Shown here piece after piece: positions 37,351-48,678 of a DNA stretch of 64,000 bases (position 1 is the stretch's first letter; every line of letters starts with the position of its first letter). Both the position numbers and the translations under genes were made by a program. Source of the stretch: Dudresnaya verticillata (Eukaryota). The stretch is taken from contig OZ374558.1 of NCBI GenBank assembly GCA_977862235.1, forward strand, positions 744,001-808,000, given 5' to 3'. The notes beneath the pieces were generated by a model. That model saw only the letters and a program-made list of their open reading frames with translations. It had not been told where the DNA came from and made no database searches.

Positions 37351-37824
37351 CTAGTTCTCAACCTGGGGAAGTTTAGGTAACAGACCAGGGCCGCTATGAA
37401 TGATACAGGGAGACGGTTTGACTTCGAGAATTATGTCTCTATGTAAACGAATGTCCTCAACTGTGTCAGAGTTAAGATGCACGATCCTGAGCATGCCTGT
37501 TTTGCTCGTTTGGATGTCCGGGGGATCAAATGCCATGGCCAGAGTCCACATGTTCCAAAGAGACCTTTTAAACTTGACTGTGGTACCGGAAAGTAAGGGG
37601 AAAGATTTGCAGCTTCGTCGAGTTGGAGAAAGGATCCAGTCCTGGTTGTACAGATCCAAGTGTATTACCTGGGCAAGAAGCTTGATGACCAGCTTGTGCG
37701 TTTTGTTGTATGCGTTGAAGCTTACCACGACAGCACAATAGTATCCCTTTCTCCAACGAAGCAGGATCTCATGGCCCTCAAGTTGCGTACCTGAAAGTAC
37801 GCTAACGGGCTTTGGTGCCTCCAT
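37351..37824 (-). CDS. 157-aa protein with Tudor-like (PDS5/MSH6/PTM-type) barrel, possibly tandem
   Basis: ATG MEAPKP at 37824. LEGHEILLRW..GYYCAVVVSFN..NKTHKL....IHLDL..QDWIL resembles LvG.rI.v.W....Y.g.V..yd.....H.v.Y....e.ldL....W. A TATA-like sequence lies about 125 bp upstream. Confidence 0.6.
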   Translation of the reverse strand: MEAPKPVSVLSGTQLEGHEILLRWRKGYYCAVVVSFNAYNKTHKLVIKLLAQVIHLDLYNQDWILSPTRRSCKSFPLLSGTTVKFKRSLWNMWTLAMAFDPPDIQTSKTGMLRIVHLNSDTVEDIRLHRDIILEVKPSPCIIHSGPGLLPKLPQVEN

Positions 37825-38571
37825 CTGAGCAGTTGGTTGTGTTTTTGTTTGGTAGATCTTGCCGCGGGCGCTTATCGAATGTTCTGTGCGAGTAAAAAAG
37901 GTTTTTGCAGTGGGCGAGTCGGCTCTCTTCCGCCTTTTCACAAGGGATATATATAGTTGCGAATGATGGTCGGCGCAAGGTAAAAGAGCGGGAACCATGA
38001 GCATCACATTACGCGGCAAAAAAGACAGATAGATTGTGCCTTTTTTCTCGACGTCTAAGACCAAGTAGAAGGTCCTTCGTCATGTAGACAAAAGCTTTGG
38101 AGAGAGATGCAACTGTGCTGCCCAGGCGTGCGGAATCACGCCCGCCTGGTCTCGTGGGGACTCTTTTTGCTCATCAATGAGAAACGACGCATTCGAGCGG
38201 CAGCTGGCCATAACACAATCGTGGTCCCTTGTAGGCACAGTAGTGATACAAAATATAACGGAGTGCCACAGCAAGAAGTCGAAATACTCGAAGATGTTTA
38301 ATTGCGTTCAACCCGCGTTTAGAGCTGACAATAATAAGTAGAACTCGATTAAGCTCTTCGCTTAGTTGAGATTCGGTGCAGTGGTAGGTTTCGCCGCTGC
38401 CAAGGGAGAGTTTGATCATGTTGGTATCGGTGACACGCCTCATAAGCGAAGACTAACAGTGCAGGTGGTAACTGGTAACGGTAGCCGCAGGACGTCAGCA
38501 TCTTCATCTCCATACACACGGCATGGTCATTGATAACAGCCTTTTTCTTCGATGTCAAGCTTTAGCCTCAA
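37471..38571 (+). repeat. Duplicated ~1.1-kb block, copy 2
   Basis: Direct repeat of 25282-26410. Confidence 0.97.
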
Positions 38572-38689
38572 TTAGCGTCGTCTCCGTGTTCCATTTGCTT
38601 ATTTAGTTCCTGGGCCTTCGTAGAGCCCCCCGCACCTGTTTTGATAAAGTTCCCCGCTCCCTCTTTCTTTCTCTCTCGCTCTCTCTCAG

Positions 38690-39176
38690 GGGCCTACGCC
38701 CTATCTATGTCGAATACTCGTTTCTCGCCGAACGTCATCTACCCCCTACTTCTCGTCGCCGTATGGACGTGGTGGTTCCTATATCTGCCTTTAACCCCCG
38801 CCCTCAGGCATTTGACGTTACGGTGGCAGCCCCGTTTGCTGCCAATTACTGCACTGCCGCCTCTCGCTTGGGTGGGGCAGCGGCGACGCTCGCTGAAAGG
38901 CCCAAAAGAGCGCATTACCAAGATCTACTCGACAGCGAGGGAATGGATTTCTATGCTGTCGGTATTGACTCCTACGGCGCTATTGGCACTGAGGTTCGTC
39001 AGGCGTTACGTGCCATTGGCCGCTTTACATCCGAACGGAGAGGGAGTAACCCTTCGGACGAAACGCAAGCACTCACGAATCGCATTGTATCTCATCTTCT
39101 CCGCTTTCAGGCGCTGGCGATCAATCGCCGTCGTCTTGCCCTTCAGGTAGGTCCTTGCGTAGACGGGGCGACTTAG
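38690..39176 (+). mobile_element. 5'-truncated CRE-like non-LTR retrotransposon (RLE domain)
   Basis: VE..RRRMDVVV..PRPQAFDVTVAAP..AATLAERPKRAHY..FYAVGIDSYGAIG..NRIVSHL is a PD-(D/E)xK RLE pattern, homologous to the 26640-32850 remnant. Confidence 0.85.
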
Positions 39177-41523
39177 CGCCCTTCCAATCCTACCATAAAG
39201 GTCCCCATCTCTCTCTCAGAAGCGCAGTTTGTCCTACAAGCGGTGCTTCTCGCACCTTGCCGCCACCCTCGTCAAACGCAACGCTGCCTTCCTCCTTGCA
39301 AGCATTGTGGGCTAGAAATAAGGAGATCATTGTTCCTACGCGCAGTACTTTGCGAACCGAACACCCAACCCACACATACATACCTTCTCTCCTCTTCCAG
39401 GATTTCAGGAAAGCCTACAAACTCTCTCCGTCTCTCTCCATCAGACGATGGCTTTGAGTGCGTCCTTACCGGCCAGGATCTTATAATTATTACAGAACAC
39501 AGATTGACCGTATAGCGACTGGTCTCAGCGAGTCCCATGGCCGATTCACAAGTTTAATGGGAGAGAGATGGACTTTATTTCAATCTCTGGATCATCTGTG
39601 ATGGCAAGGCATGCACACCTCAAAACACCTCCGGCACAAAAAGCAGCTTGCTTCTTCTGCCGCCCCAGCCATGGTCGTGACGCCGCAGAAGCAGACGCGT
39701 GCAGGTCGTGGACTGGCGGGACTCGTCTTCCAGAGTGTGCGCTCCTTCTCACTCGTGCCACCATTGCTACCGTACTCGTACCTGTTCAACCTATCCGCTC
39801 TTAACGACATTCGACGGTCCGCCCGCCCGCACTACAAGTACAACTACACCGAAGTAACTATCACGACATCGTGTAATCATCTAGTCTCGCGAGCACACAT
39901 GACGCGCCTCAGCAGCTTTAACGGCGGCGTACACTGTACGTTGCCGACGGTGAGCTTTCCAGCTCCTGTTTGTCCGTTCCCCGCCACCAGCCGGGCGGGG
40001 CTGTCGCATGTTAGTTGTGTATGTGTAGTATGCGTCTCGTGCACGCTGCAAACTTGCAATTTGGAGCCCGGCTCAGGGGGCGAGAGCGTGTATGCGGCAA
40101 CTGCAACGATTCGCTGCTTGGATATCGTCTGCCTGTCGACCGCCAAACGAACCGCGTTCCTGTTCCTTCCAGTCCCGGCTCGCCACTGGCTGCTCAAAAC
40201 ACCAGCACGCATCACGTCAATGAGGTCGCTGCTCTCCACATGTCGCTTCGGTCGCGCGACCGAGCCGGAATGGCGCGGCGGGCCGATCTGCGTCGTGCCC
40301 GACCGACGTCGCGCAGCACGTCGTCGGGACTCGCGAGCCGAGATCATGACGTCACGAATCAGAGCCGCCAGAACCGCCGCAGAACAAATCACTTTGCGGA
40401 AGTAGCGACGCTTGTGCTGTGCCGCCTGGGGACACCTGCCACTCTCCGGCCCAGTTGGCCGCATTGCCAGCTTGCACGCATCTCCTAATCCTACGCAACA
40501 ACCACCGCCGTCCGCCCCGAGTCCGTCCGCGAATTTGTCGGACATACAATTTGTGCACGACCCTCTCCTCCACATGTTCGTCAACAGAAACCTCCGCCTT
40601 CGACACCAAAAGCCGCCCTAGACAAGCCTGCAGCCTCGCATGCAGCCAGACCAAGCGCACAAACAAAGGGTTTTGTAGTGGAGTGGTTCAGGTTCCGATC
40701 GGTTCCGGCCATCACAGTCCTGGTGCGCTGGCGCACGGTCGCCTGCGCATGCACCACTTGGCTTCCGGAACCCCTGCGTGTCGCCTCAACTGCCTCAACC
40801 ATCCGCTGCCACGATTGCAGCTCTCTCGCACGCTGTGTGTCGGCTGTCCTCGATCGTGGCTTCACCGCATCTGACTGACCTCCCGGCAGGACATCCCATA
40901 GTTCATGCCGTCGACTCTTCGTGTCGAGCCCATCGTCGCGCACGGCGACCGCTGTGCTTGTCGCCAATGCCGTTGTGAGCCAGTCCGCTTGAATTTGGGG
41001 GCCAATAGCTCGGTGGGTTTTGTCCTGCTCCGACCCGGTAGTGGCTGCCAGTCACGCCCTCCACGTCTTTGATTCGCCAACATCAACATCTGGACCTCCC
41101 AAGCATGCGTTGAGTCCCCCACCGTCGGCGCGCATGCAATGCGTCATTTCTTGCCGCCATTTGCTGTTCACCTTGTATCTGAGCGAAAGCTTCATTCTTT
41201 TTGAGTACACGCAGCATTCTGACTTGAGCCATCCGCACAATTGGTCTTTTCCCTGTCGAGCACACGGCCTACGCAGTACGTATTTATACCCGGACTACAC
41301 GCACCGATGTTTGCTCCGAAGTCTTTCCGAGAGCAGCACCTCTTCTCCGTTTAGCGCACCATAACTGTCCAAACACCACGACGAATCCACCACGGTATCA
41401 CGCAACCCTGTACAGTCTCCGAGCCGCACCTTCCCGTAGGTTGTGCTGCGCCGTCGTGCCCATCCATCCACTTCAATTCTCTCTACGCAACCGTCCCATT
41501 GCAAACTCTACCATTCCGTCACC

Positions 41524-41913
41524 ATGAAGTCTTCAACAGTGCTTCTGCTATTGCTGCTCATTTCCCTAACGGGTTTTGCACAGTCCACACCGGCGCTCCC
41601 CTCCTTCACACAACGCAAGAAAGATCAGAAACCGAAGAAGCAGAAGGGCCTGTGCGACCCGGAAAAGATCCGCCCGATCAAGAAGTGCTACTGCTACCTC
41701 ATCGTCACGCGCCAGATTGCCGTAGTAAATCCGCGGGTGGAGGCTACCGTGTGCTTCTCGTACTTCGGCAGTGAGCTTACGCTGCGCGGATACGCACAGA
41801 CGTGTATCCCATTTTTCAATCCTGTCGGTAAAGTCAAGACCAAGCAGCTTATTAAACGGCTGAACAAGTTTAGCACCAAGTGTGGTAATGGTGACCTAAT
41901 TGAGCTTGAGTAA
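41524..41913 (+). CDS. Small secreted cationic cysteine-rich protein, 129 aa (6 Cys)
   Basis: accATG start, signal peptide MKSSTVLLLLLLISLTGFA, LPS..R, spacing C-x10-CxC-x19-C-x16-C-x25-C. Confidence 0.85.
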   Translation: MKSSTVLLLLLLISLTGFAQSTPALPSFTQRKKDQKPKKQKGLCDPEKIRPIKKCYCYLIVTRQIAVVNPRVEATVCFSYFGSELTLRGYAQTCIPFFNPVGKVKTKQLIKRLNKFSTKCGNGDLIELE

Positions 41914-43273
41914 CATGGAACAGGCGGGCGTTTCTCCAACTTACTGAGGTGGGTCATTCATTGTTTCGCAGACTGTAGAGTACGTAAAGGAAAGGTTGGG
42001 TCATTCCTGCTATGAAATTCTTTGACCCCCCGTCTGTTACATTGTTACTCCGATCAGCGCTGCTAGTAAGTGCGGATGAGAGTACATCACTGTTTCATAA
42101 TCTGTCAGAATCCCACAGAGATGGAATTGATGTAACCCTTTTCACGTATTCCAGCTCGAGGAGGGTGGTAATACAAGTCGTTCTCTACAGCAGTCGTGAA
42201 GTTTCCTTTCATTCCTTCATCAATATTGTTGATATCGAAGCTCTTGGTATTCTTGCCGGATATGTGCCTCGTGTTGAAAAATAAGCGTTGCACCAGTGCG
42301 GATCCTGAAGGCGAGCAATCCAGTTCCTTACACGAAAATGAACCCTTCCGTGGACAAGGGCGTCACTCTAGGACCTAATGAGCGCTTCGTCATTGACCGC
42401 ATTTGTTGCGTTATTGCCATTGTCGTGTTGTGTTGTAAACTCTGCGAGCTGTTCATATGTGAACTGATGGTCATGAACTCACATGCTTAGAGTGATCCTG
42501 TGTTGGCAACGAAAACCCCTCAGGAAAGAAAGTGTTACAGACTACGATGTTGACCAAATGTAGCAGGATAGGGCGATGAGAAAGGCAGCCAGATAGATAC
42601 TATGGAGATGATGACGGTTGTCCACGACCCCAGACTCGAAGAAGAGACCTAACCAATCTCCACCAGCCCTACCTACCTATCTCCTGCTTGCCTACCTTCA
42701 CTTACCTTGCGACAACTGCAATACAGGAGCCTGCACAGGCTCCACCGCTCAAAGGAAACTGAGGCTTCATGGTATGTATGCCTTGGACTCCAGGCTCTCG
42801 AAAGTCTCCCTGGCTTGCGAGAAACTGTTGCCCCATTCGCGTAGCTCCGTGACTAACCATGGGGCGGGGGACTGATTGTAGTCAACTCGTCTTTTGTAAG
42901 TGCAGGCATGTGTGAAATGCGGGCCCAGAAAAGTAGGGATAATTACGAAAGGGTGAATAGACTTGGAGAAGTGTCGCATTCCGTTTAGAAGTGGATATCA
43001 CTGAAAGTAGATTGTCAATGAAACGCATGATATCAGCATGAGTACTAATAATCACTCTGAAGGAATTAATCAACTTCAAGTAGGTTCCAAGTCTGCTTAA
43101 CAAGCCTCTCCTTTGCATAGCTCAAAACTCCTATTAGAATGCGGTGTGGTATGCTTTGTTCTCACCTCCGACTGACGGACAACGCTAAACTGTTCCGCAG
43201 CCCTTTCTTTTTCTGGCATAAGACTCAGCTGCACACTGCATTTTCGGTAGTGAGCATATTCTCAAGATGTGCT

Positions 43274-44518
43274 TCAGCGGTTGGCTGCGGGAGAATCGCG
43301 TTCTTGTATGCCATCGGACCTTCCCAAACCTGTTTCACCATCCTTCTCGAGGGGAGCATCTGGCTTCCCAATAAGAGGCATAGTTTGAAAATAGGTTTGC
43401 GTTCCCCCATCGTCTTCATGTGGACCGGCGCATCTCTTTCTACTCTTAGTAGACTTTGAGGGACAGTCATGCCCTGTAGGACCCACATCGGCAATCTCGA
43501 TTTTGACTTCACCTGGCCCATGCGAAGTAGAACCTAAACCACAACGGCGGTCCGACGGCGTTTTAGACGCGGACATGGTGGATGCTGAATTGAATTCGAA
43601 AGAACTGTCCACGACACTCCGGTACTCGCCAACATGAATTCTTCCCATTGTATCATGATTACCGTGGGCAGTGCTGCTCGCAGAAGCGCCAGTCTCTTCG
43701 CGGTTGCACCTATCACGAATAGTTCCGGGTTCTCTAGCCTCGTTGACCGCAACTGGAAGCGCAGAATCTGAGTTCTTTTCCTTGTGGCGTTCTTCGATAC
43801 CTTCTCCATTCTCACAGATTCCAGTGAGTTGTCTCACAAAGCTTGTGTGGCCATTTTCTCGCTGCTCCTCGTCATGAGCCGGATGCATGTTCTGCATCCC
43901 TAGATTTCCCATGGCAAACTCCACGAACGGAGCTTCATGACTATCGACTGCTTCCGTGGCGGCGCGCTGTACCTTCATGTCAAGCCGATTACGATTGAGC
44001 GGCCCACCCGATGAAGATGCACCAAGCGTCAGGCCTTCTAACATTTTTATAGCTTCGTTTAGCTTCTCTTCGACCTCCTCCAAGCCCTTTGACTTCTCAC
44101 TGAGACTCAGGTTCTGTTCATGCTTGCCCTCATTGGCATGCTCTGCAGAAGTTTCACTTTGTCCCATGGGACGTACTTCATCCTTGTTATCGCGTAATTC
44201 GTTCGCGACTTCATTATCGTTACATGCGTCGGGCATGGGCTCGTCGCTATGCACAAGGGCTCCGACGCTTCCCAAAGCGCCCGAGGTTATGGGGGCTTCG
44301 ATACTGCCCAAAGCGTTCGAAGTGGCGGGCACCTCGATGCTGCCCAAAGCGTTCGAGGTGGCGGGCGCCTCAATGCTGCCCAAGGCAGCCGAGGTGGTGG
44401 GGTTATCCAAAGGGCCAAGAATCTTGGGAGTAGTGGCCTTCGAGGGTCTCATTTTTCGCTTGGTTATGGCTCTAACCAAATTAGATCTGCGGGGCTGATA
44501 CCTTCTGCGTCGAGACAT
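43274..44518 (-). CDS. Hypothetical, largely disordered 414-aa protein with a basic N-terminus and four 12-aa repeats
   Basis: Long ATG ORF. PATSNALGSIEA-type 36-bp repeats at ~44262-44402. No recognised domain. Confidence 0.6.
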   Translation of the reverse strand: MSRRRRYQPRRSNLVRAITKRKMRPSKATTPKILGPLDNPTTSAALGSIEAPATSNALGSIEVPATSNALGSIEAPITSGALGSVGALVHSDEPMPDACNDNEVANELRDNKDEVRPMGQSETSAEHANEGKHEQNLSLSEKSKGLEEVEEKLNEAIKMLEGLTLGASSSGGPLNRNRLDMKVQRAATEAVDSHEAPFVEFAMGNLGMQNMHPAHDEEQRENGHTSFVRQLTGICENGEGIEERHKEKNSDSALPVAVNEAREPGTIRDRCNREETGASASSTAHGNHDTMGRIHVGEYRSVVDSSFEFNSASTMSASKTPSDRRCGLGSTSHGPGEVKIEIADVGPTGHDCPSKSTKSRKRCAGPHEDDGGTQTYFQTMPLIGKPDAPLEKDGETGLGRSDGIQERDSPAANR

Positions 44519-45280
44519 AACGGAACGGGATCTTCTTCAGGCACACGGCAGGCATTTCACGTTGTTATCGATAACCAGGGGAGTTGTTCTTGGTTGCTTA
44601 CAAGCACCTGACGGGCATTGGAAGCTTCAGAGCTCTTTTGTACTGGGGCTTTCCGCCAAGGGTCGAATTGGGCAAGCTAGGGAAGTTTGGGGTGACACTT
44701 CGGCCCTTCTCAGTCTTTCTTCGCCCCAACACTTGCGTGGGAGTGAGAGGATTCAGAGCCGTGCTCCTTGGGGCTTGCCCAAAAGTTGTTCTTGTGTTGA
44801 CGCAGTGCTCACAAGTGTTGGTGCTCTGCTCGTTCGGCTCATCGACGAAGACCGGCGCGGAAAGATTCGTTTGTGCAGGAACCTTCTCTTTCCCGATTGT
44901 GGCTCCCGAATTGATCAGAAAAAAACAACTTTTTCCAAACGCGGGGAATAGACGACTGTTCGTTTGACCCGCCTCACCACCCTGCAGTGAGCACTCTTCC
45001 GCTCCTTCACAGTGCCGACTCAAACATCTTCCCGTTACGCCCCTTGGATTGGCAACGCTTTGGTTTTGGGCGTCGGCCAGCGGGCTTCTCATTTTCGTAT
45101 TTGCGACGGCCGCGGTCGAGCCGACTGCATTTAAGCGTGCGCGCGACTGGTTCTAGCCCCCATCCTTCCCGCACAAGCCAGCTATTACTTCAAGCAGCGC
45201 TCAACCAGGCACCTGCGCTACCATCCTGTGCGTTGCCTCCAGATCCCACACTCACTGCTATACATCTACGTAGAAGCCCA

Positions 45281-46624
45281 ATGTCGACATCTGCTTCAGG
45301 CAAATCCTCGGCGTCGTCGGACGGCGATGATGCAGTACCCAAGTCCGCTGTTCCCGAATCCAAGACTCTGCCTCAGACCCCAGATCCGGCTGTGTCTGAA
45401 GAAAACCCTGCACAAGGCGCCAACTGTGAAAGCGCAAGTTGTGAACGCGTTCCCGACGAGAACGACAATCCGGCACCTCAGAATGAGAATGACGTACCGA
45501 TTGATAGCATCTCAGACGTGGAAGAGGATGCCAAGAGTCAGGAGGGCAAGCAAGGTGCACGATGTGGGGCTCTAACCGGTACCCTGGATATCGATGATCA
45601 CAACGGCGCTTCAAGAATTGGTCTGAGCATGCAGATAGGGTCGGAGCTGGCTCATCCCATTTCCACCGACGAACGTCAGCAGATCCAGCCTAACCTAAAT
45701 TCCCGAAAGGGCATTGCTTCATCTCTCTCTGTATCACCTTCTACGAACGCAGAAGGGCGCCATGAAGGGAACCCTTCTTTAAACGAGCCGAAGCGCAACG
45801 GACGTGAGCAAGCGCATGAGGTCGAGTCAAAACCAAACTGTTCTTCCGTCCAAGGAGGTGCTTCGAGGCATTCAAGCTCTTCCGATACCAGTTCCTGTAT
45901 CATGGACCCGGCCTCCGAGGTACCTTCGTTTCGCCCTGCAGGCCAAGTCCACGTGAATGCCGCGCCCATTTGCAATGTCGAGAGAAATACACGTCAGAAA
46001 GAAAATCCAATTCTCAAGAGGGAGAGACGGAATCTTGCGGAGAGAACTAGAACCCTTCGAGGGCAAACAAGTACTGTGGCATACAATCCACAGCGTGAGG
46101 GAGCACATGAACAAGCATCAAGACGACGCGTAAGGGAATCAAATCTTGCGGAGAGAACTAGAACCCTTCGAGGGCAAACAAGTACTGTGGCATACAATCC
46201 ACAGCGTGAGGGAGCTCATGAACAAGCATCAAGACGACGCGTAAGGGAATCAAATCTTGCGGAGAGAACTAGAACCCTTCAAGGGCAAACACGTACTGTG
46301 GCATACAATCCACAGCGTGAGGGAGCTCATGAACAAGCATCAAGACGACGCGTAAGGGAATCAAATCTTGCGGAGAGAACTAGAACCCTTCAAGGGCAAA
46401 CACGTACTGTGGCATACAATCCACAGCGTGAGGGAGCTCATGAACAAGCATCAAGACGACGTGTAAGGGAATCAGAGGCAAACAGACGACGCGATCAAGA
46501 AAACATTGCGTTTCCTCGTTCGGTTCGAGCTAGAACTGCTAGAAGTAAGCATCGAGCGTTGCAGGATATTACGAACACCGTCGGCCGGACACCGAGAGAA
46601 GACCAGGAGCCGAATGGCTCCTAG
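45281..46624 (+). CDS. Disordered 447-aa protein with four 37-aa repeats, KEN box and D-box
   Basis: ATG MSTSASGK at 45281. KEN at 45998-46006. RALQDITN at 46553-46576. Confidence 0.7.
   Translation: MSTSASGKSSASSDGDDAVPKSAVPESKTLPQTPDPAVSEENPAQGANCESASCERVPDENDNPAPQNENDVPIDSISDVEEDAKSQEGKQGARCGALTGTLDIDDHNGASRIGLSMQIGSELAHPISTDERQQIQPNLNSRKGIASSLSVSPSTNAEGRHEGNPSLNEPKRNGREQAHEVESKPNCSSVQGGASRHSSSSDTSSCIMDPASEVPSFRPAGQVHVNAAPICNVERNTRQKENPILKRERRNLAERTRTLRGQTSTVAYNPQREGAHEQASRRRVRESNLAERTRTLRGQTSTVAYNPQREGAHEQASRRRVRESNLAERTRTLQGQTRTVAYNPQREGAHEQASRRRVRESNLAERTRTLQGQTRTVAYNPQREGAHEQASRRRVRESEANRRRDQENIAFPRSVRARTARSKHRALQDITNTVGRTPREDQEPNGS
46031..46474 (+). repeat. Coding minisatellite, 4 x 111 bp
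   Basis: aatcttgcggagagaactaga starts at 46031, 46142, 46253 and 46364. Confidence 0.98.
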
Positions 46625-46913
46625 AGATGGCACCACTATGACGGGTCATGGCAAGTGCTTGTGGAGATTGAGGGAAGCAAGTGGTTGCGGAGAGCAAGTT
46701 AATAAGGTTAGTTTGAGAAGTGCTATTTGGTATTGCTTGTGCTTTGCGCAACGTTCTTGGACTCAAAAAAGTGGATCAGTTGTTCTTCTAGACGAGAAGC
46801 CAGAGCAGAGATCGGAGCTCACCGTTACAAGGAATGCGATAAGATAAACTCGGAAGCGGAGTTCTCTGTGGGGCTCCAGTGGCACAATTTCCTGTGGGAG
46901 TGGACCGCAAGCC

Positions 46914-46975
46914 CATGGGCCTTTTAGTCGCCCGAGCGGGACCACCTAAAACAACCAATAAAAGTCTACCATCAC
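46914..46975 (+). mobile_element. hAT-like MITE remnant, copy 2
   Basis: catgggcctt.tagtcgcccgagcgggacc..ctaaaacaacca.taaa.gt.taccatcac matches 50180-50240. Confidence 0.65.
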
Positions 46976-47090
46976 AAGCCAAGCTTTGGAGCCCTCCTAC
47001 CACCTCCCATTGAGGCGGTACATAAGAGGGAAATTAATGGAGCCAGTGAGACAGAGTGGGGGTTAGACAAAAGGAAAAGGGGAGCAAGAC

Positions 47091-47492
47091 TTAGAAGAAA
47101 GGAGAGAAGGAAAGGGAAAGCGTGCAAGAGAGGGTCTGGCCTACACTATGTTGCCCTAAAGAATGGAATAAGTACAACAAGAGGATGCCAATCACGAAGC
47201 TCAGCCAAGTCCCAACACATATTAGTAACGTGACTCGTCTACATGACTTTTTGTTTGATACATCAATGACGTCGAGCCATACGCCACTGATAATCATAAA
47301 ACACCCCATCTCTGTCACAACTTGTGCCAACGCCACCTCGTAAATTGCAATGGCCCGAAAGACATGTCGGTCATCTGTTGAATTTTTGTTATGGCTTGCT
47401 TCTTTGAATGAGGGTGATTCATCACCGCTGTTGCGTGACTTCGGTAGCTTGGCTATGTGAAGAAAAAAGTGACAGTGTGCCTCGTTTTTCAT
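47091..47492 (-). CDS. Possible small two-TM membrane protein
   Basis: ATG at 47492 and two hydrophobic stretches. No family recognised. Confidence 0.2.
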   Translation of the reverse strand: MKNEAHCHFFLHIAKLPKSRNSGDESPSFKEASHNKNSTDDRHVFRAIAIYEVALAQVVTEMGCFMIISGVWLDVIDVSNKKSCRRVTLLICVGTWLSFVIGILLLYLFHSLGQHSVGQTLSCTLSLSFSPFF

Positions 47493-48678
47493 ATGCGTTC
47501 CACTCGAGGAAGTGAAGAAGGGTACAAAAGAGGACCTTGCGAAGCAAGAGCGAAGAAAGTACGATCGCACTATGACTGGACAACTTGGGACGAACAAGCG
47601 CGATACAAAATTCACTGACCCACGAGCAGCAATGGAAGGCACAAGAAAGTGGAAAAGGTCTGCCGTAACGTATGCTCGTGGAGGACAGTGCGTGGAAGGA
47701 AACAGCCAGTTGCCAAAGCTTTTTACGCGCAGAAGCTGAAGATGTGGGATACGGTCATGCTATTGTTGGAGGCGGACCCGCTTTATAGATGAAATAGGAG
47801 TAGTCTTGCCATCGTCTGAGAGTCAATATGGCTGTAGAGCCCAGTGAAAACGAGCGACAGGAGCCTCAAGTGTCAAGGAATGTTGTTGCAGGGATGCTCG
47901 CAAACCATAGCTATCATCCCCTCTCTGGGATGCGGATTGGTGCTAATGTCAAATGGTTTGTCTCTAGGATCAAGGTAAGGTCACCCCATTCCGCCCGGGC
48001 TCAGCATATCTACCCGCATGTTGAGCAGAACCAGTTCCCTGCCGGCACCACCTTCCGTGCACAAGTAAGCATTCACGAAATCAGAACCTGCCGAAGGAAG
48101 CTCCCTTGTTGCCTGACGTTGGCGTTTTGCTTACTGCTGCTGAACCTTCGGTGCCTCCAAGGCACCCCGCACGAGACCGATAGTGCGCGAAGCTGAGAGC
48201 TCAATAGTTGAAATTTTGGAGTAATAGCGAACATCCGCCCAATCAAGAAGCGTTTCCGACAATAACAACGCGCAGTAAGCCTCCGCTGTCATCCGCAACT
48301 CGTATTGCAAGAGCGGAGAGGCTCACCGAGCAATCCCCACCCACAACGCCAAGACGACCCTATCAGAACTGCCCGTGTGCATCAATCCACCAAGGCGTCA
48401 GCAGCGACCTCCACGCAAGGGTACGTCGCCACCTCCAACAATCGCACAACAAGCAGCCTTTACGTCATGGGACAGCGTGAGCATGTCGCAGAAGCAGCGC
48501 GGAGCTCGGCAACGCTGATTTCCAACGCTTTTTAAGGCACAATTGTCCCGACGGGCGCTGCCGAGTTGAGCCGCCGCGACCTGCGACGCGCACCTTGGCG
48601 TTCAACCTTCCTTCGCGGACGCACCCTTCGCACAGCTCATCCACCCCTGATCAGCACGCTGCGCGCCCATCGACAGCC

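Noticed and set aside
35456..37376. Protein-like ORF fragments at 35456-35921 and 36700-37361
   Set aside because: Possibly decayed genes, but broken by stops and with no family I can recognise.
39568..41364. Overlapping ORFs up to 264 aa on both strands
   Set aside because: GC-rich sequence open in several frames, with no motif or clear coding frame.
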